A stretch of DNA of 64,000 nucleotides from a virus. The notes under the pieces are model-generated. The model was not told the DNA's origin. It made no database searches and worked only from the letters and a program-made list of their open reading frames with translations. The position numbers and the translations under genes were made by a program. Shown in pieces: positions 27,501 to 36,998 of the stretch (within the stretch, counting starts at the first letter, position 1; each line of letters starts with the position of its first letter). The stretch lies in the IMG/VR virus record IMGVR_UViG_3300032214_001034, positions 10,469-74,468 of that record; one strand, written 5' to 3'.

Positions 27501-30481
27501 ATTCACCAACAGTTGCTCCATTCACTAATGAAAAATACTCACAACCAGTAAAAGAACTCTATCCACAAACAAATAGAGATAATCCAATATCAGATCCAGA
27601 TGAGACAACCTGTTTTGCTACTTCTTCTCTGATTGGTGAAGTTGTTGTAAATGATGTAAGAAACAGTGTTACAAAAGAAACTCTAACTAAGTTTGTTAAG
27701 GATACTGATGTTGGTGTTGGTATTAACAATATTGTATCTCAAACTGGCACAGCACATACAATCTTTACCACCATTGATCATGGTTTAAATCGTATCACGA
27801 GAGCAAGTGTTACTAACGTAGGTGCTGGATACAGTGATGGAACTTATTATAATATTAAATTAGTAGGCGCTGCAGCATCCACTACTGGTAAGTTTGCAAC
27901 TGCAAAGGTTACTGTTTCCAGTAACTCTATTGATGCTGCTTCCATAAGAATTATGGATGGTGGATCTGCATATGGAATTGGTAATACTCTAAGTTTTGTT
28001 GGTATTCCAACTACTGGATCTGGAACATTCACTGAGGCTATTGCAACGGTTGACGCAATTTACAATAACGTTGGTGATACTTTAAGAGTTGTTGGTGTAT
28101 CTTCTGAGGGATATGCTGGATATAATCAACTTTATAGAATCACTGGAGTTAATGTAGGTGCAGCAACTTCTATTAATGTAGAATCGGTTGCCAGTGTTGC
28201 TGGATTCAACACAGTAACTGGAGTAGGTGTAACCCTGACTGCAGATGCGTTTATGTATCTGACAGGCGAAGCAATCCGAATTAATTCACTTGCATATGAT
28301 AATGGCAGTGGAATCGCTACAATCACAACTCAGAATAGTCATGGTCTGAGAGTTGACCAAAAGGTTAAACTGGTTGGATTTAATGAGAGCACTTATACTG
28401 GTGACTTTGTTGTTACTGAGGTTCTTGATGTATTAACATCTTCTCCAACATATAGATTCTCTGTTAATCTTGGTGCAGGAACATCTGCTCCAGTTCCAAC
28501 AGCAGGTGCAGGCACCACATATGTTTATCGTTTAGGTTATACATCTAATGACGGTGTAATCACTGAGAATAATGAGAATCTTGGTGGTAGAATGATTCCT
28601 ACCTATGCAGGTATTACAACCACGCTTTCTGCTGATATTCCAAACGCAACTACAGATGAAGTATACCTCACAAATCTCAATAATCTTAATGTTAATGTTG
28701 GAGATTATCTCTTAATTGATGATGAAATTGTAAGAGTCAAGACAACTGTAACTGGAACAAATCCACTTTATGTTTTCCGTGGAGTTCTTGGAACAAAACC
28801 AACGGTTCACTTCATCAATGGAACTGCAAGAAAGATCTTCATAAATCCAACAGAACTAAGAAGACACTCTATTAACAGAGCGTCTGGTCATACATTTGAA
28901 TATGTTGGTTTTGGTCCTGGTAATTATTCAACTGCATTACCAGATAGACAAGATCGTATTATTACAGCACAAGAAGAACTTCTGGCTCAATCAACCAAGA
29001 GAGAAGGTGGAATCAACTTCTACACGGGTATGAATGACAGAGGTATTTCATACTCTGGTAATAAGAAGTTAAGCACCATTACTGGTATTGAAGAAATCTT
29101 TGATACTCCAGTACAAACGATTACTGGTGAAGACATTGGCATCATTCCTAACATCAACGTTGTCAATCCACTCGAAGGTCTCTTCACAAGATCAATTCGT
29201 GTTGAGGGTGGTTCGGATAATAAGGTTTCTTCCGAATTTAATGGTCCAGTCATCGTTAATAACAAACTGACAGTCAACTCAACTAAGGGTCTAGAAGCAA
29301 ATAATCTCTTCTTACAGGGTGATGCAACAGTTTCTAGAAAGTATACTGTGGGTATTGCAACTCCAGTACTTGCAGGTAATCCAGGTGACATGACTTACTA
29401 TGCTAATCCTGATGAAGGTGGATATGTTGGTTGGGTCTACACTCTGCAAAATGATTGGAAGAGATTTGGAAATGTAAGTCTGTCTAAAGACGCTAATATT
29501 AGTATTTTTGATCAGGTTGGTATTGCAACTACATCTCCTGGATCGCTCAAATTCCTTGTTGGATCTGGTTCTACCCAGTTCTCTATTGATAATGGAGAAG
29601 TTGGCATCGGAACAACTGGAAATGGATATTCTCTGCACGTTATTGGAAATACAAATATTGTAGGAACAGTAACTGCATCCTACTTCTCAGGTGACGGATC
29701 ACTTTTAACTAATCTGAATGCTTCTGCACTTGGTTGGACTGTTATTGCTGGTGGAATTTATAATACAGCTTTGAATAATGTTGGTATTGGAACTTCAGTA
29801 CCAAGATTTAATTTAGAACTTGGATCTGTTGGTACAGCATCAACTTCTCTTTATGTAAATGGAGAAGCAAAGTTTGTAGGACTTATCACTGCTAATAATG
29901 TTAATGTAACTGGTATTCTTACGGCATCTGGATTTGATCTTCAAAATTCATCCACGGGCAGAATCACAACTGGTATTATAACTTCATCTACGATTCACGT
30001 TGGAACTGCACTCACTACTCTTTATGCAAGTGGTACTGATGTTGGTATTGGAACTTCAGCACCAAGAGCTAAGTTAGACGTTGAGGGACATGCTAGATTT
30101 AAGACCTACTCCGAAAATGTAGAATATGTTACACCATTTGCTAGTGTTGTAACTATTGATCTTTCTAAAGCACAAACATTTATCTGTACTGCCACTTCAA
30201 ATATTAACCAGTTTACCTTAACAAATGCTCCATCAGGATCTACTGAATTTACAATTAGAATTGATCAGGATGGAACAGGTAATCGTTCAGTTGGAATTGA
30301 CACCTTTAGAACATCTGGAGGTGTAACAATTCCAGTTTATTGGCCAGGTGGAGGTGTTCTCCCAATTGTAACTCCAACTGCAAATAGATCTGATATTTAC
30401 ACCTTCAAAGTATTTGATGGTAATAATATTACGAGTGTGGGATTATATGGAGTTGTTGTTGGTCAAAACTTTACTAATTGA
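24596..30481 (+). CDS. Giant tail-fibre / structural protein (1961 aa)
   Basis: LYVDP..LDATD..N.G.S..RPFKTIQRAL N-terminus, VGIGT..P repeats, C-terminal fibre domain; late promoter 24560. Confidence 0.75.
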   Translation: MGLSRLDNFLKSSRGTILYVDPNSLDATDSIENQGNSLTRPFKTIQRALIEAARFSYQRGLNNDRFSKTTILLYPGDHIVDNRPGWIPDGVNNFRLRNGSTSNNLPPYDLNSNFDLTTADNELYKLNSIHGGVILPRGTSIVGLDLRKTKIRPKYVPSPTNDNIERSTIFRVTGTCYLWQFSLFDADPNGVCYVDYTSNTFVPNFSHHKLSCFEYADGVNDVNINDDFMTYSTDRTDLDMYYEKVGLVYGQSSGRAIEPDYPSSGLDIQPKIDEFRIVGSTGASVGITSIKSGDGVTATTDITLTTASAIDGLDVDTPFRVRGITSDPSIYNGQFVVAEKLSSTEIIYQVQNAPTNPLPTVTGSTLSLQSDTVTSASPYIFNISLRSVYGMCGLLADGDKATGFKSMVVAQFTGIGLQKDDNAFVKYSTVTGTYNDSTQLAGANLSNDSRAVFKPSYRNFHIRAANNAFIQCVSVFAIGYAEHFSAENGGDMSITNSNSNFGAKALIASGFRKEAFPQDDTGYITHIIPPKEIPLTETSIEFSSIDVNKTVGVASTAHLFLYGETNADVPPENVIEGYRIGARQDDNLRVLVSYAGSVTEYSARITMDGATSSSEKVFTVNQSPTGINSIGATYGNGANVITFTQAHTLADGESVRVISDNGQLPDGLIPNNVFYAITSGLTTNTDIKLAKTLNEALIGTALPINEKGGLLKVVSRVSDKNSGDIGHPIQYDTTNSQWFINVSAASTENSIYSTIVGLGSTALGDATPRTFIKRKSDNRNANDTLYRLRYVVPKNINSGVARPPSDGFILQESNTSIGSTDGEIQTYFGSGSLSNVNEQRNFRFIADATWDGSSTVNVTTELPHNLIVGSEVELVNVTSTLNTTGVAGTAFNRKYYVTGISSAKHFAVGLTTNPGTFTNDTSARNTSLPYFRRKTYNNSYYIYRNQEAQKFVSGEQDGIYYLTVLNSSNSPTVAPFTNEKYSQPVKELYPQTNRDNPISDPDETTCFATSSLIGEVVVNDVRNSVTKETLTKFVKDTDVGVGINNIVSQTGTAHTIFTTIDHGLNRITRASVTNVGAGYSDGTYYNIKLVGAAASTTGKFATAKVTVSSNSIDAASIRIMDGGSAYGIGNTLSFVGIPTTGSGTFTEAIATVDAIYNNVGDTLRVVGVSSEGYAGYNQLYRITGVNVGAATSINVESVASVAGFNTVTGVGVTLTADAFMYLTGEAIRINSLAYDNGSGIATITTQNSHGLRVDQKVKLVGFNESTYTGDFVVTEVLDVLTSSPTYRFSVNLGAGTSAPVPTAGAGTTYVYRLGYTSNDGVITENNENLGGRMIPTYAGITTTLSADIPNATTDEVYLTNLNNLNVNVGDYLLIDDEIVRVKTTVTGTNPLYVFRGVLGTKPTVHFINGTARKIFINPTELRRHSINRASGHTFEYVGFGPGNYSTALPDRQDRIITAQEELLAQSTKREGGINFYTGMNDRGISYSGNKKLSTITGIEEIFDTPVQTITGEDIGIIPNINVVNPLEGLFTRSIRVEGGSDNKVSSEFNGPVIVNNKLTVNSTKGLEANNLFLQGDATVSRKYTVGIATPVLAGNPGDMTYYANPDEGGYVGWVYTLQNDWKRFGNVSLSKDANISIFDQVGIATTSPGSLKFLVGSGSTQFSIDNGEVGIGTTGNGYSLHVIGNTNIVGTVTASYFSGDGSLLTNLNASALGWTVIAGGIYNTALNNVGIGTSVPRFNLELGSVGTASTSLYVNGEAKFVGLITANNVNVTGILTASGFDLQNSSTGRITTGIITSSTIHVGTALTTLYASGTDVGIGTSAPRAKLDVEGHARFKTYSENVEYVTPFASVVTIDLSKAQTFICTATSNINQFTLTNAPSGSTEFTIRIDQDGTGNRSVGIDTFRTSGGVTIPVYWPGGGVLPIVTPTANRSDIYTFKVFDGNNITSVGLYGVVVGQNFTN

Positions 30482-30492
30482 GGTGAAGTAGA

Positions 30493-32931
30493 ATGAAACA
30501 AACAACTCTAGATCTTAACGGTCCCGTCCTTTCGTTCACCACAAATCCAGTTGGTGTTGCATCAACTGGAGTGGTTTCTGGGACAGGGAGTGGTATTGCA
30601 ACTTTTACTGGAATTGCAACAGCATCATTCCCAACAGGTGTAAGCACAGGATCTCCTGATGCACCAACAAATACAGCTTCAAATAGTGGTATTATTACAT
30701 ATCGTTGGTATGAGGTTGGTGTTGGTGCTTTGTCGGATAGTCAGTATGTAACTGGAACAGCAACATCAACTCTTACTTTATCAAGACTTATTACTCCAAC
30801 GGATAATAGAAGACAGTTTTATCTGACTGCAGATTATATTGCATCTGCTTATCAATCTTCATCTCCAGTTACTGCAGGCACTGCAAGATCAACTGGTAAT
30901 GCTATAAATGAACCTTTTAGTTCTGGTATTGGAACTCTTACGGTTTATCCATTACTTGAAGTTATTGGTCAACCATCAAATAGAAGTGCGTTAATCAATA
31001 ACAATGCAACGTTTACCGTTAATGCTGGATTAACTGATTCTTCATTTGATGATAGTCTGACCACATATCAGTGGTATGTGGATGGAAATCTTGCTAATGA
31101 TGGTACAATAGACACTACATCATCAACATCAACTACTACCACAACTACTTTTAATGATACTTATACGAATGACACTTCACTATCATTACCATCAGCAACA
31201 ACAAACGTTACTATAACTGTTGCAGGAGCAAGAGGTGGTAATGGTGGATCAGATGCTGGTGGTGGAGGAGGTGCTGGTGGTAGTGGAAGAGCTGGAAGAT
31301 TCTCATATGCAAACGGTGGAAGAACTTTAAGATTTAGAATTGGTAGAAGAGGTGGTGATGGAGGAACTGGAACTGGATGTTGTGCTGGCGGTGGCGGATC
31401 CAGTCCATTTGGTGGTGGAGGAAGAGGAGGAAATACTGGTGGATCCGGATGGTCTGGCGGCGGAGCAGGTGGTGGAGGTGCTACGGGAGTTTTTGATGAC
31501 AATAAAGGTGGATATACTATCGTCGCTGGCGGTGGCGGCGGTGGCGGTGGTGGATCAAATAATAGAGGTGGATCAAACGGAGGAGCATCTCCTGGGTTTG
31601 GTCAAGGAAATGTAAATTCCGTTGGTGGTGGTGGACAAGGTGGTGATAAAGGTGGTGATGGCGGCGGTGGCGGCGGTGGTGGCGGCGGCGCTCCTGGTGG
31701 TGGTGGAGGCGGTGCTGGTGAAGATAATTCTTTTGGTGGTGGCGGTGGAAATGGTGGATTAAGTGCATATGACACAAACTATGCTACTTTTGGATTTGAT
31801 GGTTGGTTGCACGATGGAGATGGGTATGTTAATATTCAGTACACAACTTTAAAATCTGATACAGTAGTAGTAAACAGAAAGACAGTTGTTTCTGGAACAA
31901 AGACTCCAACTCTTACAATGAGAGCAGACTTTGTTGGAATTCAAACAGTCCAATGTAGAATTTCTCATCCATCTGCTACAAATTCACCAATTTTTACTGA
32001 TGTTGCTTACTTCACTTCACTCTCAACAGCAGATCAATATAATGTTCAACTAGAAACGATTGGTGTCAGCAATACTGCAACTATTTCAACGTTTGATCTA
32101 TTCAGTGGAGATAGAGAAATTATAACTTCATTATCAGATCCTACTGTAGAAGGAATTAATAGTTACTATAGTTTCTTTGCACCTGATAGAGATATTCCTG
32201 TTGAAATAGATCTTTATGGTGGAAAGGGATATGATAGAGGATCTTTTGTTGGAGGAGAGGGTGGATTCTCTAGAATCAGATTTACTATGACAAGAAATAC
32301 CGAATATGTTATTTCTGGTTTATCAACATCTATCAATGCCCCATTCCTTTATAGAAAGGGTCAATTGATTGCTTGTGTTGGTAGAGGTGGAGATGCTGGA
32401 ACATCTGGTAATGGTGGATTTGGTGGTGGAATCGGAATTGCAGGTGCATCTGGATCTGGTAGAAATGGTGGATCGGGTGGATCGGTGATTGCAGTTGGTT
32501 CTTTGGGATCAAATGGTGTTTTTGGATCACTAACAACACTCTCTGCAACATCACCAGATACAAAAACTACAATTCCAAATGGTGGAAGAACTATTAAATG
32601 TACCAAAGGTGTTTACTGGCAGCAACAAGGAATCTCTGCTTGTAGTGATGTTGGTACAACCTTGTTTAGATTGTCAGATGGCACACAAGTTACAAACACT
32701 GCTTCTATTACTAGAGGATATAAAGCAGGATATGATATTATTCAAACTGCAGGAAGATCTATAGGAAATGGTGGTAATGGTGGCAGTGGTGCTGCAGGTG
32801 GTGCTGGTGGTGATGGTTCATCTGGTGGTGGAGGTGGATCTGGATATACTGATGGATCTGTAACTGTGGTTTCAAATACTCTTGGTGGAAGTACTGGTAA
32901 TGCGAGAGTAATTATTAGACTTGCGACTTAA
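30493..32931 (+). CDS. Ig-like plus glycine-rich virion/adhesin protein
   Basis: YRWY/YQWY Ig-type strands; two polyglycine-rich regions; follows giant fibre gene. Confidence 0.65.
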   Translation: MKQTTLDLNGPVLSFTTNPVGVASTGVVSGTGSGIATFTGIATASFPTGVSTGSPDAPTNTASNSGIITYRWYEVGVGALSDSQYVTGTATSTLTLSRLITPTDNRRQFYLTADYIASAYQSSSPVTAGTARSTGNAINEPFSSGIGTLTVYPLLEVIGQPSNRSALINNNATFTVNAGLTDSSFDDSLTTYQWYVDGNLANDGTIDTTSSTSTTTTTTFNDTYTNDTSLSLPSATTNVTITVAGARGGNGGSDAGGGGGAGGSGRAGRFSYANGGRTLRFRIGRRGGDGGTGTGCCAGGGGSSPFGGGGRGGNTGGSGWSGGGAGGGGATGVFDDNKGGYTIVAGGGGGGGGGSNNRGGSNGGASPGFGQGNVNSVGGGGQGGDKGGDGGGGGGGGGGAPGGGGGGAGEDNSFGGGGGNGGLSAYDTNYATFGFDGWLHDGDGYVNIQYTTLKSDTVVVNRKTVVSGTKTPTLTMRADFVGIQTVQCRISHPSATNSPIFTDVAYFTSLSTADQYNVQLETIGVSNTATISTFDLFSGDREIITSLSDPTVEGINSYYSFFAPDRDIPVEIDLYGGKGYDRGSFVGGEGGFSRIRFTMTRNTEYVISGLSTSINAPFLYRKGQLIACVGRGGDAGTSGNGGFGGGIGIAGASGSGRNGGSGGSVIAVGSLGSNGVFGSLTTLSATSPDTKTTIPNGGRTIKCTKGVYWQQQGISACSDVGTTLFRLSDGTQVTNTASITRGYKAGYDIIQTAGRSIGNGGNGGSGAAGGAGGDGSSGGGGGSGYTDGSVTVVSNTLGGSTGNARVIIRLAT

Positions 32932-32970
32932 CTAAATAGTTAAAACTAACCGGGGGAGAGTGAACCCGAA

Positions 32971-34188
32971 ATGGCTGTAAATAAGAATTTTGTAGTCAAA
33001 AATGGTTTAGAGGTCGATACCAACCTCATTCTCGCGGATGCTACAACGAATAGTGTTGGTATTGGCACCACAGTTCCCGAATATACCCTTCACGTTTTTG
33101 AAGGGAGTGGTATTGGTGCTACTACCGTTTATGTTACTGGCGTAACAACATCCCTTCAGGGATTAAGAGTTGGTGCCGGTGGAACAGTTTTAACGGTTGT
33201 TGCAAGCCCAGGAATTGGATATTCTGTTGGTGTTGGTTCATCCCAACCAGAATATCTGTTAGATGTTCGTTCACCAGTTTCTACTGGACAAACAGCACTT
33301 TATGTTCAGGGTGATGTCAGAATTACTGGTGATATAAATCTAGACGACATCACGCTTGATGATGCAACAATTCAAGATCTGAGGGTTCAGAACACTTTAT
33401 TTGTTGGTGCTGATGGTGGAACTGGCGTTTCTACCTTTGTTGGTTTCACTACATTCCAAAATAACGTTTATATTGCAGGTGTTACAACACTTGCTGCCAA
33501 CGGAGGAATCACTACAACAGGTGGTGATTTTTATGTCGGTGGAAACTTCTTTAGCAGTGGTGGAATAATTGTTGACAGCGACCTCTATATTATTGGTATT
33601 GCTACTGTTGGGACATTAGATGTCAACGATAATGCAAATATTGATGGTAATCTTCTTGTAACAGGACTATCCACATTTGTTGGACTTAGTACCTTCCAGG
33701 ATTACGTTTTTGTTCAAGATGGTCTAATTAATGCTGGTGTTACAACATCAAATGCATATACAATTAATGGAACTCAAGTAGTTAGTTCTGCAAGAGAACT
33801 GCAGAATATTGCTTCTCTTGATGCAACTACAACTGCAACGATTGAAGCAGCAATTGCTAATGCACCAAACACCTTTACTGATATTGAGGTTACTGGTCTT
33901 TCCACATTTGTTGGATTCAGTACATTCCAAAATGATGTTTATGTTGCTGGTGTAGTAACTGCAACTTCATTCTATGGTAATGGATCAAATCTGACTGGTA
34001 TTGCTACTGGTTTAACTGCAACAATTGGCGTTGGTTCTGAATCAACTTTTGTTGGTGCAGGAGTTACTGAAATTTACTTTGCAACAACCACAGGAACAAA
34101 CGTAAGTGTTGTTTCTGCTGGAACAAGTGCAACTGTTACAATTACTCCAGGTGTTTCACTTGGACTTGCAATCGCTCTTGGCGGTTAA
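32971..34188 (+). CDS. Fibre stalk (putative root), C-terminus GVSLGLAIALGG
   Basis: NFVVKNGL start, repeated VTGLSTFVG.STFQ, FYG.GSNLTGI. Confidence 0.65.
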   Translation: MAVNKNFVVKNGLEVDTNLILADATTNSVGIGTTVPEYTLHVFEGSGIGATTVYVTGVTTSLQGLRVGAGGTVLTVVASPGIGYSVGVGSSQPEYLLDVRSPVSTGQTALYVQGDVRITGDINLDDITLDDATIQDLRVQNTLFVGADGGTGVSTFVGFTTFQNNVYIAGVTTLAANGGITTTGGDFYVGGNFFSSGGIIVDSDLYIIGIATVGTLDVNDNANIDGNLLVTGLSTFVGLSTFQDYVFVQDGLINAGVTTSNAYTINGTQVVSSARELQNIASLDATTTATIEAAIANAPNTFTDIEVTGLSTFVGFSTFQNDVYVAGVVTATSFYGNGSNLTGIATGLTATIGVGSESTFVGAGVTEIYFATTTGTNVSVVSAGTSATVTITPGVSLGLAIALGG

Positions 34189-34214
34189 TAAATACTCTTA
34201 ACACATAAAGAAAA

Positions 34215-34754
34215 ATGGCAGAATCATTTTCAAACGCATTATCAAGAGCAGCAGGAATTGTAACAACCAGTTCTGCTGGTTCTATTGGAATCACGACTAA
34301 CTTAATCACTGGTATTTCAACGGCATCAGTTTCTGTAGGTGATCTGATTGATAATGCAAACTTTATTGCGGGAACTAAAGTTTCTACAATTGGATCTGGG
34401 CAAGTTACTGCAGATAGAAATTCTACAAACACTGCACCAACATCAGCTCAAAACGTCAAGTTCCTTGGTGTTACAAACGTCTATACTTCGCCATCAGCAA
34501 CGAAGAGTATTCTGATTGGCGGAACTTTTGCTAATAACACTAATAATCAAGTAAATTTGACTGTTGAAGTTTTTGATAATAGTGCGGGAATCAGTGCTGC
34601 GATCGCAAGTAAGATTCCAGTTCCTGCAGGAAGTTCATTCGTCATCTCTGATACAGGTAAGACACTTTTAGAAGGTGATGATGTGTTGAGGGTATACTGT
34701 GATACTGCAAATGCAATTGATGTAAGCCTCAGCATTCTCACAGGAGTAGCGTGA
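34215..34754 (+). CDS. Fibre adaptor protein, type A
   Basis: Small beta-rich protein; VPAGSSFV...K..LE..D.L.V...IDV..S shared with 44563 ORF. Confidence 0.55.
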   Translation: MAESFSNALSRAAGIVTTSSAGSIGITTNLITGISTASVSVGDLIDNANFIAGTKVSTIGSGQVTADRNSTNTAPTSAQNVKFLGVTNVYTSPSATKSILIGGTFANNTNNQVNLTVEVFDNSAGISAAIASKIPVPAGSSFVISDTGKTLLEGDDVLRVYCDTANAIDVSLSILTGVA

Positions 34755-34755
34755 T

Positions 34756-35556
34756 ATGGCAGATCGTAACGGTTATATTGGAAGAGCTCCTGGTGATTCA
34801 TCAGTAGTTGTTGCTAGACAGGTATTTTCTCCATCAGGAGTTCAAACAAACTTTACGTTTGCATCTGGATATACTGTTGGTTATTTGGACGCATACCTGA
34901 ATGGCGTTCGTCTGATTGAAGGTCAAGACTATAGTGCAACTGATACATCAACTGTTGGTCTGACTAGTTTTGCTCAGAACGGTGATGTTCTTGAGTTAGT
35001 TGCATATAAAGCATTTAATGTTGCAACAATTGACACTGCACCAGGAAATCTTACCGTTGGTGGATATATTTCTGCTGGTGGATCTATCACTGGATCTGCA
35101 TTTTATGGTGATGGAAGTAACCTAACAGGAATTTCTTCTGTTTCATTTGCAACTACAGCATTCACTCTTGCTAATAATGCAACAGGAATCAATGCAACAT
35201 TTACTGGTAATGTGTCAATTGGTGGCACATTAACGTATGAAGATGTAACAAATGTTGATGCGGTAGGAGTTATTACTGCAAGAAGCGGTATTGAACTTGG
35301 TGCTTCTGGGGTAGGTGGAACAATTACCTCTGGTGGAAATGCAACTTTTGCTGGAATTGTAACTGCAACTGGTGGATTTAATCTTGGTATTAGTTCTGCT
35401 GGATCTGTTATTACTTCAGGACCAGTAAAAACTTTGAATTTTGTAGGAACCGGTAATACATTTGCAGTAAATGGAACTACCGTTGATATTAGTATTCAAG
35501 GTGGTGGTGGAGGAGGGATTACTTCTCTGGATATTACTTCATCATTATTCATTTAA
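34756..35556 (+). CDS. Fibre stalk/branch protein
   Basis: YIGRAP N-terminus, YLNGVRL..G.DY.A.D domain, TLTYEDVTNVD motif, C-terminus LDITSSLFI. Confidence 0.6.
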   Translation: MADRNGYIGRAPGDSSVVVARQVFSPSGVQTNFTFASGYTVGYLDAYLNGVRLIEGQDYSATDTSTVGLTSFAQNGDVLELVAYKAFNVATIDTAPGNLTVGGYISAGGSITGSAFYGDGSNLTGISSVSFATTAFTLANNATGINATFTGNVSIGGTLTYEDVTNVDAVGVITARSGIELGASGVGGTITSGGNATFAGIVTATGGFNLGISSAGSVITSGPVKTLNFVGTGNTFAVNGTTVDISIQGGGGGGITSLDITSSLFI

Positions 35557-35580
35557 ATAAATACCTAAAAAGATAAAGAG

Positions 35581-35979
35581 ATGGCACTCCAGAAAACTAA
35601 AGTATTAAGTATCACATCGGTTACAGGCATTAGCACTGTTGGAATCTTTACTGCTGGTGTGACCGCTACTGATGCAGGAACAGCATCAACAACTTATGTA
35701 AGAAGTGTTGTGATGCATAACACTGGATTGGGAACTGCTAGGGTTTCACTCTACATTAACCCAGACACTAATCCTGTTATTACTGGTTATGGAATCACTG
35801 CAAATAGAATTTTAAGAGTTGATCTTGCTCCAAGTGAAACAACATTCTTTGAAACTAACTATCCGATTGTTCTCACGCCAACTGATGCAATTTCAGTAGA
35901 GGTAAATGCTCCTGATACTGGCGGAACGGGTATTGGTTCAGCAGTTAATTTCCTAGTAAACGGCGATGTTGAAGTCTGA
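35581..35979 (+). CDS. Fibre adaptor protein, type B
   Basis: TTYVRSVVMHNTG...RVDLA..ET.FFE.NYP.VL; close paralog of 53406 ORF. Confidence 0.6.
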   Translation: MALQKTKVLSITSVTGISTVGIFTAGVTATDAGTASTTYVRSVVMHNTGLGTARVSLYINPDTNPVITGYGITANRILRVDLAPSETTFFETNYPIVLTPTDAISVEVNAPDTGGTGIGSAVNFLVNGDVEV

Positions 35980-35981
35980 TT

Positions 35982-36980
35982 ATGAGCGTCAAATCATTTG
36001 GCAATCCATCATCAAGTTTTAGATACAGATTCGGTAGAACTGGAAATAGAGCTTCTAAGCCTTATGCAGTATCAATTCCAATATCTGCTTCTGGTGGAAA
36101 TGTAAGTGCTCTGGAGCCAGGAAATGGATATAAGTATCATACATTTACAAGTCCAGGAACATTTACAGTAACTTCTGGTGTTGGTAATATTGAATATATT
36201 GTAGTTGCTGGTGGTGGCGGAGGAGGAGAATCTGGTGGTGGTGGTGCTGGTGGATTATTATCAAACTCTGTTGAAATGCCTTCTCCAACTAGACAGGCAC
36301 CTTTTCCAGTTTCTGGACCAGTATCATATTCAGTTGTAATTGGTGGTGGTGGTAGTGCAGGTGTATCTGGTCCTGGCGCGGTTGATGGATCTCAAGGAAG
36401 TCCGTCTTCATTTGGACCAGTATCAACAAATGGTGGTGGAGGGGGAACATCGGCTGATGCACCATCTCCATTTGTTGGTGGATCAGGTGGTTCTGGTGGG
36501 GGTGCATCAACTCCTACAGCATTTGATCCTGGTGGAGCGGCAACTAACTATCCTGGACCAACACAACAAGGTTATCCTGGTGGTGGTGCATATGGATATT
36601 TGGCAGGAAATGGAAATAGTGGAGGTGGTGGTGGTGCCGGAGCAGCAGGTCAAGATGGAAGTCCGCCTGGAGGATCACCATTAAAAGGAGGTGATGGTGG
36701 AAATGGACTTCAGTTTCCTGCCTTTACTGGACCTTTAATTGGAGTTCCTGCTCTTGCACCATTGAGTGGTTACTTTGCAGGTGGCGGCGGTGGCGGTTCT
36801 TGGGGGAATCCAGGTGGTGCTGGTGGTTTGGGTGGTGGTGTTCCTGGATCTGGTACTGGAACTACTCCCGCAGCTGCCCAAGCAAATACTGGAGGAGGTG
36901 GTGGTGGATCTGGATATCCACCTTGGGTTCCTGGTGGTGCTGGTGGTTCTGGCATCGTCATCATTCGTTACTTAGCATAA
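35982..36980 (+). CDS. Gly/Pro-rich adhesin tip (one domain)
   Basis: A.GG...YKYHTFT..GTF.V...EY.VVAGGGGGG ... GGSGIVIIRY. Confidence 0.65.
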   Translation: MSVKSFGNPSSSFRYRFGRTGNRASKPYAVSIPISASGGNVSALEPGNGYKYHTFTSPGTFTVTSGVGNIEYIVVAGGGGGGESGGGGAGGLLSNSVEMPSPTRQAPFPVSGPVSYSVVIGGGGSAGVSGPGAVDGSQGSPSSFGPVSTNGGGGGTSADAPSPFVGGSGGSGGGASTPTAFDPGGAATNYPGPTQQGYPGGGAYGYLAGNGNSGGGGGAGAAGQDGSPPGGSPLKGGDGGNGLQFPAFTGPLIGVPALAPLSGYFAGGGGGGSWGNPGGAGGLGGGVPGSGTGTTPAAAQANTGGGGGGSGYPPWVPGGAGGSGIVIIRYLA

Positions 36981-36998
36981 ATATTCAAAAACTATAAA